Below, in pieces: positions 56,693 through 64,000 of a DNA stretch of 64,000 nt. How positions within the stretch are numbered: the stretch's first letter is position 1; every line of letters begins with the position of its first letter. The translations under genes were made by a program, and so were the position numbers. The DNA lies in the NCBI GenBank assembly GCA_024276605.1, contig JAJRWX010000005.1, positions 49-64,048 on the forward strand, read 5' to 3'. Source of the DNA: Planctomycetota bacterium (GTDB taxonomy: Bacteria > Planctomycetota > Phycisphaerae > UBA1845). The notes beneath the pieces are model-generated. The model was not told the DNA's origin. It saw only the letters and a program-made list of their open reading frames with translations, and made no database searches.

Positions 56693-57844
56693 CTACGAGA
56701 GTGTCACGATAAAATCGGCGACGCTATTGATACCTTCGTTTTTAAGGGTAGAAGTTTTGAATATGGGTCGCGTTTCTCCCAGGGCACTCATCATCTGAGC
56801 GTGGGTCGTATCCGCACCTTTCAAATCGCACTTATTCAGCACAAAACACGTCGCAATCTCCATAATACCCGCTTTGGAAAACTGCACGGCATCACCGCTA
56901 TCGGGCATCAACACAAGTAGCGTATGCTTGGCTAATTCACGAATGCCTACATCACCCTGCCCCGCCCCGACCGTCTCAACGAGAATGTAGTCGAAACCGA
57001 ACCCCACAAGTAGCTTTAACACATCTGGACATGTTGCGGCAAGACCACCAGCCACGCCGCCGGAAGCGAGGCTACGCACAAAAAAATTGCTTTCAGGGGA
57101 TGCTGACATCATACGCAATCGATCACCCAACAGTGCGCCGCCGGTGATCGGGCTACTAGGATCAATGGCTAATACGGCTACACGTTTCCCCCGAGATACC
57201 AACACCTCACCCAGCTTGCCAATGAAAGAACTTTTTCCAACACCCGGTGCGCCCGTCACGCCAATAATCACAGCATCACCAACGGGTGGTGTAATCCCGT
57301 TTAGTGAACCGCCCCGCTGCACGATGGTAATCATCTTAGCCAGGGCATCTTGTTTACGCTGTTTGTAGCCTTCAAAGATGTCATCAATTTGTACAGGCTC
57401 GTGCGCTGCGGCCAATTGTTTGACCGTATGAACAATGTCATCCACGGATGAACCGGGATTAAATACCGCAGCTACGCCCATGTCGGTCAGCGACGCGTGA
57501 TCTTCAACGGGGACGATACCACCAAGAATCATGGGAATGTGCTCAATGTCTAAGTGCTTGCGCAGTTTGAGCAACTCCGGCATCACGGTTAAGTGAGCGG
57601 CGGATAACAGACTTACGCCCACGACGTCCACATCCTCCTGAAGCGCAGCATACATCGTAGCTTCGCATGTTTGCCAAAGCCCGGTGTAGATCACCTCGAT
57701 GCCGGCATCGCGGAATGAGCGTGCCAAAACTTTGACACCGCGATCATGACCATCCAACCCTATTTTAGCTAGGAGGATGCGCGGGGGATAATTTTTCTTT
57801 TTTGATTTCGTCATAAAGGTAGGCTCAGCCGTCACGGTTACCAT
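56693..57844 (-). CDS. Fusion of a B12-binding domain (mutase small subunit) and a MeaB/ArgK-type G-protein chaperone
   Basis: The N-terminus RILLAKIGLDGHDRGVKV carries the DxHxxG B12 motif. It is followed by GVTGAPGVGKSSFI (P-loop), VETVGAGQ and LNKCD (NKxD). It overlaps the upstream mutase ORF by 7 nt. Confidence 0.9.
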   Translation of the reverse strand: MVTVTAEPTFMTKSKKKNYPPRILLAKIGLDGHDRGVKVLARSFRDAGIEVIYTGLWQTCEATMYAALQEDVDVVGVSLLSAAHLTVMPELLKLRKHLDIEHIPMILGGIVPVEDHASLTDMGVAAVFNPGSSVDDIVHTVKQLAAAHEPVQIDDIFEGYKQRKQDALAKMITIVQRGGSLNGITPPVGDAVIIGVTGAPGVGKSSFIGKLGEVLVSRGKRVAVLAIDPSSPITGGALLGDRLRMMSASPESNFFVRSLASGGVAGGLAATCPDVLKLLVGFGFDYILVETVGAGQGDVGIRELAKHTLLVLMPDSGDAVQFSKAGIMEIATCFVLNKCDLKGADTTHAQMMSALGETRPIFKTSTLKNEGINSVADFIVTLS

Positions 57845-58281
57845 TCCGGCCCTCCGCCATAGGCACCGAATACCTGTTTCATCGTGTCCATCATTTCGCC
57901 GACGGTCGCGTCGGTCTGAGCGGCTTCGATCAACGCCGGCATAACATTTTTGTCGTTTTCCGCATCTTCACGTAGGCGAGACAACGAAGCTTGGTGTTTG
58001 CCCGAATCCCGCTGGTCTTTCATGGCTTTGAGTTTGGAGATTTGCTCATCCTCGGTGTGTTGCGAAATTTTCAACATATCCATACCGTGGCCCCCTTCCT
58101 CAACGAAATCGGTGACGCCCACGATTTTCTGATCACCACCGTCGATACGTCGCTGCTCAGCCTGGGCGGATTCAGCGATCGCGCGCCGGAAGTAACCGCG
58201 ATCTATCGCAGGCAGCACCCCACCCATCGCGTCGATTTGATCAATCATGGCGTAAGCCTTCGCTTCGATCTCATTCGTCAT
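57838..58281 (-). CDS. Acyl-CoA mutase large subunit, C-terminal segment (after an in-frame TAA)
   Basis: 147-aa ORF. MTNEIEAKAYAMIDQIDAMGGVLPAIDRGYF...IVGVTDF...VGEMMDTMKQVFG is collinear with the distal TIM-barrel region of methylmalonyl/isobutyryl-CoA mutases. Confidence 0.85.
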   Translation of the reverse strand: MTNEIEAKAYAMIDQIDAMGGVLPAIDRGYFRRAIAESAQAEQRRIDGGDQKIVGVTDFVEEGGHGMDMLKISQHTEDEQISKLKAMKDQRDSGKHQASLSRLREDAENDKNVMPALIEAAQTDATVGEMMDTMKQVFGAYGGGPEW

Positions 58282-58284
58282 TTT

Positions 58285-59442
58285 TTACACAAAATAACTT
58301 CCACCTAGTGGATCAGCCACTTGAGTTACATTGGTTTCATGCGCTAAAATCTGTTGCGTACGAAGCGCAACCTTAGCCGCCTCTTCAGTAGGTAGTGCGA
58401 GCGTCTCGTCCATACTGTTGGTGTGTAATGATTGCGTTCCACCCAACACCGCCGCCATCGCCTGAAAAGCCACGCGCATGATATTGTTCGTTGGTTGTTG
58501 TTCGGTCAACGACACGCCAGCCGTCTGACAGTGCATTCTCAATTTCCAACTACGCTCATGCTTAGCATGAAAGCGATCGCGCATCACGTGTGCCCAAATG
58601 CGTCTGGCTGCACGTAATTTAGCTATTTCTTCAAAAAAGTCGTTATGCACGTCGAAGAAAAAGCTAAGTCGGGGAGCGAATGCGTCAACATCCATGCCTC
58701 GCTCGATCGACTGTTGGGTATAGGCTATGCCATCCGCAAGTGTAAAAGCTAGTTCCTCCGCAGCGCTGGCACCTGCTTCACGAATGTGATAGCCGCTGAC
58801 ACTGACGGTGTTCCACAGAGGCATTTGCTGCGTGCAATATTCGATGGTATCCACCACGAGCTTCACGCTAGGCTCGGGTGGGAACACATATTCGTTTTGT
58901 GCGTGAAATTCTTTCAAAATATCGTTCTGTAATGTACCACGCAACCGATCAAGTGCAACGCCCTGCTTCTTAGCTACGCAAACATAAAACGCCAGAACAA
59001 TCGCGGCTGGTGCGTTAATGGTCATACTGGTACTCACCTCGCCGAGATCAATACCATCAAAAAGCACCAGCATATCAGAGAGTGAAGAAACGGCGACGCC
59101 GCAACGTCCCACTTCACCTAGAGACAAGGGATCGTCACTATCGCGTCCCATGAGTGTGGGTAGGTCAAACGCGGTACTCAAACCGGTTGTCCCATGCGCA
59201 AGCAGATATTTGAATCGCTCGTTGGTATCAGCCGCAGACCCAAATCCGGCAAATTGCCGCATGGTCCACAACTTATCGCGATACATCGTGCGATGTACAC
59301 CGCGCGAAAAAGGGAACGAACCGGGAACACTTAGCATCGTCGCCGGATCAAAGCCACGCAAATCCTCAGGCCCTACGAATGGCTTACTATCTGATTCATC
59401 GATATTTTGCTTAGACTTCCCAACACCGGGTTCAATGCTCAT
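58285..59442 (-). CDS. Isobutyryl-CoA-mutase-like acyl-CoA mutase large subunit, N-terminal 385 aa
   Basis: It is collinear with MCM/ICM barrels. It reads RQFAGF (Phe where MCM has Tyr89) and [12 protein letters not shown] (Gln where MCM has Arg207), which is the ICM-type pair. It ends ..[12 protein letters not shown] in frame with the next ORF. Confidence 0.85.
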   Translation of the reverse strand: MSIEPGVGKSKQNIDESDSKPFVGPEDLRGFDPATMLSVPGSFPFSRGVHRTMYRDKLWTMRQFAGFGSAADTNERFKYLLAHGTTGLSTAFDLPTLMGRDSDDPLSLGEVGRCGVAVSSLSDMLVLFDGIDLGEVSTSMTINAPAAIVLAFYVCVAKKQGVALDRLRGTLQNDILKEFHAQNEYVFPPEPSVKLVVDTIEYCTQQMPLWNTVSVSGYHIREAGASAAEELAFTLADGIAYTQQSIERGMDVDAFAPRLSFFFDVHNDFFEEIAKLRAARRIWAHVMRDRFHAKHERSWKLRMHCQTAGVSLTEQQPTNNIMRVAFQAMAAVLGGTQSLHTNSMDETLALPTEEAAKVALRTQQILAHETNVTQVADPLGGSYFV

Positions 59443-59448
59443 ATCGCA

Positions 59449-60198
59449 CTACTCCATCCACGAAGCCGGCCTTTTCTCAACGAAAGCAGCCAGCCCCTCT
59501 TTACTCTCGTCGCCCCCAAAACATTCTACAAAGGCACCAACGTCATCGCCATCCATGAAAGCCCGCTTGGCTAATGCCACCGCCCGCGGCCCTCCCCGTC
59601 GAAACGACTTACAAAACACGGACACCCGCGAGGTCAGATCTTCCGCAGAATTGACGATGTCATCGACAAGCCCCAGAGGCAACCCATCTTCAGCGGATAT
59701 GGGCATAGCACTGAAAAAGAGCTTTTTAGCACACGCAGGACCAATCAAACGCCGTAAACGTCCGATCCCTCCCCAACCCGGTGTTAAACCAAGCGACGTC
59801 TCAGGCAAACCTAGTTTTGCAGTCTTGACCGCAATACGAAAATCGCACGCCAGCGCCAATTCCAACCCACCACCCAACGCCGCCCCATTGATCGAGGCGA
59901 CCGTTAGGCAGGGCATACATTCAAGATCGTTAAACACGGCTTGTCCATGCTCTCCATATGTACGAGCCTGCCGTTCAGAAAAATCAGCCATCTCCTTAAT
60001 ATCCGCACCAGCGATAAAAACCTTACCTTCGGCTTGGATGGTCAACACCCGCACACCGGAAGTATCACGAACCTTGGTTAAAGCTTCGCTGAAACGGCTC
60101 AGCACAGTAGATGACAAGACGTTGACACCCGACGCCGTCGATAACGTGATCGCCGCCAGAGCGCCGTCAATAGATACATCAACTTTCGTATTACTCAT
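59449..60198 (-). CDS. Enoyl-CoA hydratase/isomerase (crotonase family)
   Basis: 249-aa ORF. FIAGADIKEM, GGGLELALACD and the following oxyanion-hole pattern are present. Confidence 0.9.
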   Translation of the reverse strand: MSNTKVDVSIDGALAAITLSTASGVNVLSSTVLSRFSEALTKVRDTSGVRVLTIQAEGKVFIAGADIKEMADFSERQARTYGEHGQAVFNDLECMPCLTVASINGAALGGGLELALACDFRIAVKTAKLGLPETSLGLTPGWGGIGRLRRLIGPACAKKLFFSAMPISAEDGLPLGLVDDIVNSAEDLTSRVSVFCKSFRRGGPRAVALAKRAFMDGDDVGAFVECFGGDESKEGLAAFVEKRPASWME

Positions 60199-61048
60199 AG
60201 CTATAAAATCCCCGTTTGGATTTTCTCCCTAGACGACCGGCTGCCACATACTTGCGGAGCGTCGGACAAGGTCGGTAACGGTCCTCACCGAGATCGCGGA
60301 ATATGACTTCCATGATATGTAAACACACATCCAAACCGATCAGGTCCGCCAGCGCCAACGGCCCCATGGGATGGTTCATGCCGAGTGTCATGATATCGTC
60401 AATAGCTTTCGGCTCAGCGACGCCGTCTTGAAGGGTGAAAATCGCTTCGTTTATCATAGGCATCAAGATACGATTGGAGACAAAACCCGGGTGATCGTTA
60501 CAAGAAACAGCCGTCTTGCCCACCGCCTGGGCTATCTCAATAGTTCTTTGTGCCGTCTCGTCCGAGGTTTGCAAACCACGCACCACTTCAACCAGTTTCA
60601 TTAGAGGCACTGGATTGAAAAAGTGCATACCGATAAATCGCTCGGGGTGATCGACGGTAGCGGCTAGTTGCGTGATGCTAATACTGCTCGTATTGCTGGC
60701 GAGAATACCGTCGGTTGTCAAATGCTGTTGCGCTTCTTGCAGGATAGCTATTTTAATGTCAAGTTTTTCCGTAGCCGCTTCCACAACTAACGGCTGCGTG
60801 CCTATATCGGAGAGATTCTCTACATAATGCAATCGCCCCTTCGTCGCGGTGGCATCCTCAGCCGTAACACGGCCCTTCTCAACTGCTCGGTCCAGCATTT
60901 TGTTTATCTGCGCGGATGCCGATGTTAAGGCTTCAGGATACGCATCGAACATATATGCTTCAAACCCGGACTGCGCGAATACCTGCGCGATCCCCCGGCC
61001 CATAGTCCCGGCACCGATGACAGCTATATTATTATTTGTTTTGGGCAT
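60191..61048 (-). CDS. hbd: 3-hydroxybutyryl-CoA / 3-hydroxyacyl-CoA dehydrogenase
   Basis: VIGAGTMGRGIAQV forms the Rossmann motif. SNTSSISIT and HFFNPVPLMKLVEV are also present. Confidence 0.92.
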   Translation of the reverse strand: MPKTNNNIAVIGAGTMGRGIAQVFAQSGFEAYMFDAYPEALTSASAQINKMLDRAVEKGRVTAEDATATKGRLHYVENLSDIGTQPLVVEAATEKLDIKIAILQEAQQHLTTDGILASNTSSISITQLAATVDHPERFIGMHFFNPVPLMKLVEVVRGLQTSDETAQRTIEIAQAVGKTAVSCNDHPGFVSNRILMPMINEAIFTLQDGVAEPKAIDDIMTLGMNHPMGPLALADLIGLDVCLHIMEVIFRDLGEDRYRPCPTLRKYVAAGRLGRKSKRGFYSYE

Positions 61049-61175
61049 TTTTTTCTCCGCAGCAGAGTAGTCCTTACAGCATCTTGTGCTCTAATGTTTT
61101 ACGGTATCCGTGCGTCCGCGCAGGCTAAAGCCGGCGGCTCATGCAAGACAATAATGCATGATGAACTATAGTGTC

Positions 61176-62330
61176 CTACACCAATGATCGCGCGATGACG
61201 ATTCTATGGATTTCGCTCGTCCCTTCATACAGCTCCGTTATTTTTGCATCGCGTAAAAATCGTTCAACAGGATAGTCTTGGCAATAGCCGTAACCACCAA
61301 ACACCTGCACCGCATGGTTCGCTGCCTTCGAGCACATCTCACTGGCGAAAAGTTTAGCCATCGCACCGGCTTGCACATAATCTCGATCGTTGTCCTTATA
61401 CCATGCGGCCCGATACACTAGCGCCCGCGCGGCTTCGATGCCTACGGCTATGTCAGCGAGTTTATTTTGAATGGCCTGAAACGTACCGATTGGTCGACCG
61501 AACTGTTCGCGGGTGTTGGCATATTTGGTCGCCTCGTACAAACAAGCCTGGGCAATGCCCAACGCCTGAGCGGCGATACCAATCCGACCGCCGTCCAATA
61601 TCGATAACGCAATACGAAGACCTTGACCGCGCTCGCCAAGCAGCGCATCTTCCGAAAGCACACAATCCTCAAACACGAACTCTGCCGTTGAAGAACATCG
61701 AATGCCCAACTTCTTTTCAAATTTTCCAATACGAACACCAGGTGTATTTGTTTCGATGATGAAAGCACTCATGCCGTGCTTTTTCTCATCGGGGTCTGTG
61801 ACGGCCAGCAGTACCATGACTCCGGCTTCTTTGCCATTGGTGACAAAAATTTTAGAGCCGTTAATGTGCCAACCATCGCTTTTCAACTCTGCTCGGCACG
61901 TAGCCGCACCTACATCGCTACCGCTACCCGGCTCGGTGAGTGACAAACATCCGATCGTCTCTCCACTGGCCATGCCCGGCAAATACTTTTTCTTCTGCGC
62001 CTCAGTCCCAAAGGCCATAATGGGATAGACACATAACGACGTATGCGCACTGATTAACACGCCGGTTCCTGCACAAGCTTTGGAAATTTCTTCGACAACC
62101 ATAGTGGATGCGTCGCAACCAAGGCCCGCGCCGCCATAGGACTCTGGAATGGAAATGCCAAACAGGCCCATGTCAGCGAGTTGTTGTATCAATTGCTGGG
62201 GCATTTCAGCCGCGTGATCGCGTGCTTCCGCGCCCTGAGCCACCACCTTGATCGCAAAGTCGCCGACTTGCTCTTGCAGCATTCGTAGATCATCGTCGAA
62301 TTCAAAATCCATGAGACGGTTCCTTAGCAC
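61176..62330 (-). CDS. Acyl-CoA dehydrogenase (short-chain type)
   Basis: 384-aa [12 protein letters not shown], the FAD/substrate motifs and the C-terminal catalytic [14 protein letters not shown] are present. Confidence 0.92.
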   Translation of the reverse strand: MLRNRLMDFEFDDDLRMLQEQVGDFAIKVVAQGAEARDHAAEMPQQLIQQLADMGLFGISIPESYGGAGLGCDASTMVVEEISKACAGTGVLISAHTSLCVYPIMAFGTEAQKKKYLPGMASGETIGCLSLTEPGSGSDVGAATCRAELKSDGWHINGSKIFVTNGKEAGVMVLLAVTDPDEKKHGMSAFIIETNTPGVRIGKFEKKLGIRCSSTAEFVFEDCVLSEDALLGERGQGLRIALSILDGGRIGIAAQALGIAQACLYEATKYANTREQFGRPIGTFQAIQNKLADIAVGIEAARALVYRAAWYKDNDRDYVQAGAMAKLFASEMCSKAANHAVQVFGGYGYCQDYPVERFLRDAKITELYEGTSEIHRIVIARSLV

Positions 62331-63466
62331 TTAAGTAGATGTCGGGCGATAATGATACGTTGGATTTGACTTGAACCTTCGCCAATCTCGCATAGCTTGG
62401 CATCACGCATATATCGCTCGACGGGTACCTCTTTGGTATATCCCATGCCGCCAAATATTTGGATGGCATCCAAACATGCCTTCGTCGCCACTTCGCTGGT
62501 AAGCAATTTAGCCATGGATGCTTCGATATTGGAGGGTTTATTCGCATCAGACAGGATGGCTGCCTTTTGTGTGAGCAATCGACCGGCATCGATATTCATA
62601 GCCATGTCCGCAAGCATAAATTGAATGGACTGATGCCTGAACAACGGCTTGCCGAAGGCTGTTCTTTGCGTTGCATAAGCTAACGACTCTTCCAACGCAC
62701 CCCGACCTAAACCAAGCGAGAGGGCGGAAATCGTAATACGACCCCGTTCAAGCACCTTCATGGCATCGATAAATCCGCCGTGTAACTGTCCACACAGGTT
62801 TTCTTTTGGAATGCGTAAGTTTTCGAGTGTGAGTCCTACCGTATCGGAACCACGCATACCAAGCTTATCTTCCTTGGGACCAATGATGAGACCAGAGGTG
62901 TCGCGCTCCACAATAAACGCACTAATGCCCTTAGCCCCGCCTTCAGGTTTGGTTTTGGCTGTGATAACATACACGCCCGCATAATGGCCGTTGGTAATCC
63001 AATGTTTAGCCCCGTTAAGCACCCACGTGTCGCCATCCAACTCCGCCGTCGTTGTCAAGGCTGCGGCATCACTACCACAACCGGGTTCAGAAAGCGCCCA
63101 AGCCCCAAGACATTCACCCTTTGCTAATCGAGGTAAGTAGGTCTTTTTCTGGACATCGTTGGCACCAATAAGCAAATGTGCACAACATAGCGCGTTGTGC
63201 GCATCCAACATCAAGGCCGTTGCCCCGCAATGTCGAGCGATCTCCTCCATGATGACGGTAGCTTCCAAATCACCAAAGCCACACCCGCCATACTCAACCG
63301 GGATAAAAATGCCCAGGAAGCCAAGCTCCGCCAATTTAGCAATCGCCTCACGCTCAATATTCGCTTCACGATCCCATTGCCTGGCCCGGGGCGCGATGTA
63401 CTCCCCGGCGAAACGCCTTGCCACGTCGCGAAGGGCCGTTAAATCTTCGGAAATTTCAAAATTCAT
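62324..63466 (-). CDS. Acyl-CoA dehydrogenase (second paralogue)
   Basis: 380-aa ORF with LSEPGCGSD and [14 protein letters not shown]. It overlaps the downstream ACAD by 7 nt. Confidence 0.92.
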   Translation of the reverse strand: MNFEISEDLTALRDVARRFAGEYIAPRARQWDREANIEREAIAKLAELGFLGIFIPVEYGGCGFGDLEATVIMEEIARHCGATALMLDAHNALCCAHLLIGANDVQKKTYLPRLAKGECLGAWALSEPGCGSDAAALTTTAELDGDTWVLNGAKHWITNGHYAGVYVITAKTKPEGGAKGISAFIVERDTSGLIIGPKEDKLGMRGSDTVGLTLENLRIPKENLCGQLHGGFIDAMKVLERGRITISALSLGLGRGALEESLAYATQRTAFGKPLFRHQSIQFMLADMAMNIDAGRLLTQKAAILSDANKPSNIEASMAKLLTSEVATKACLDAIQIFGGMGYTKEVPVERYMRDAKLCEIGEGSSQIQRIIIARHLLKC

Positions 63467-63601
63467 TCGTTACACCTCAGTCAACAAGTCGCCAGCTCGG
63501 CAAACATAAGAGTAGCAACTTCCATACCAATCTATAGCAATACCATACCTAACAACCATCCTTATTGTTCGGGTCAGGCAACCGTATCACAACATGGATC
63601 A

Positions 63602-64000
63602 TCACCCGGCTTTTTTCGCCAGTTCCGCCGCGATGACCATGCGTTGAATTTCACTGGTCCCTTCATAAATCGGGGTTACACGGGCATCGCGGAAAAGCTG
63701 CTCGACGCGACACTCTTGCACAAATCCGGACCCGCCATGAACCTGCACCGCACGATAGGCTATGCGATTGGCACTTTCGCTGGCATACAATTTCGCCATC
63801 GAACAAGCACCACGATCAGAATGACCCCGGTCCACAGTCGAAGCCGCCCGCCATATCAAATTTTTTGAAGCTTCAAGTTCAACCGCACTATCAGCCACCA
63901 TGTCCGCCACAGCCTGGAACTTACCTATGGGTTGGCCAAACTGTTCACGATGACTCGCGTATGACGTCATCTCCTCCAAGCAGGCCTCAGCAATGCCACA
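63602..64000 (-). CDS. Acyl-CoA dehydrogenase (third paralogue), C-terminal part only, truncated by the window edge
   Basis: YEGTSEIQRMVIAAELAKKAG forms the C-terminus. The reading frame stays open upstream of the listed Met to the window end. Confidence 0.85.
   Translation of the reverse strand, partial: CGIAEACLEEMTSYASHREQFGQPIGKFQAVADMVADSAVELEASKNLIWRAASTVDRGHSDRGACSMAKLYASESANRIAYRAVQVHGGSGFVQECRVEQLFRDARVTPIYEGTSEIQRMVIAAELAKKAG

Noticed and set aside
59018-60232. 404-aa plus-strand ORF
   Set aside because: It lies entirely antisense to the crotonase and mutase genes, both of which have strong family motifs. Its product is Ser/Pro/Arg/Ala-rich low complexity, typical of an antisense shadow frame.

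Overview
The window looks like ordinary bacterial chromosome. I count about 55 protein genes and one tRNA-Tyr, and I recognised no rRNA, CRISPR array, transposase or integrase. The protein repertoire includes a PEP-CTERM protein, a ferredoxin-Rieske fusion, a split cytochrome b with a giant multihaem cytochrome c, Cys-rich exported giants and a PPi-type PFK. This fits a Planctomycetota/Phycisphaerae-like aerobe, but that is inference only, since no marker gene could be searched.

The dominant feature is a roughly 17-kb co-directional respiratory super-operon at 18185-35483. It runs ferredoxin-Rieske, cytochrome b6-like, subunit-IV-like, a 1409-aa octahaem cytochrome c, a Lys-rich amicyanin-like cupredoxin, and cytochrome oxidase subunits II/I/III/IV. 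These are followed by two small membrane proteins, haem A and haem O synthases, an embedded ABC-2 exporter, SCO1 and DUF420.

Other blocks:
- topA, with six Zn ribbons.
- A butyryl/isobutyryl-CoA cluster at 56693-64000. It has three acyl-CoA dehydrogenases, hbd, a crotonase and an isobutyryl-CoA-mutase-like enzyme whose B12 domain is fused to the MeaB G-protein but separate from the catalytic barrel.
- A parDE locus with an amber-inactivated toxin, sitting in a gene-poor decayed islet.
- nrdR, a PPi-PFK, metF, a SMUG1-like UDG, and several exported repeat proteins.

The best candidate for an undescribed system is a two-gene module at 49062-51571. A 65-aa protein is translationally coupled to a Rad50/SbcC-like ATPase whose coiled-coil apex is a transmembrane hairpin. 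It has no nuclease partner and sits just downstream of a palindromic repeat cluster.

Other signals not captured by the ORF track:
- Two tandem paralogous 26-27-aa hydrophobic micro-ORFs.
- A 100-bp-phased repeated hairpin upstream of coxB.
- Two copies of a nested-palindrome MITE-like element.
- Three in-frame stop codons and two homopolymer frameshifts inside otherwise intact genes.

All functional calls come from motif recognition by eye. No database search was run.
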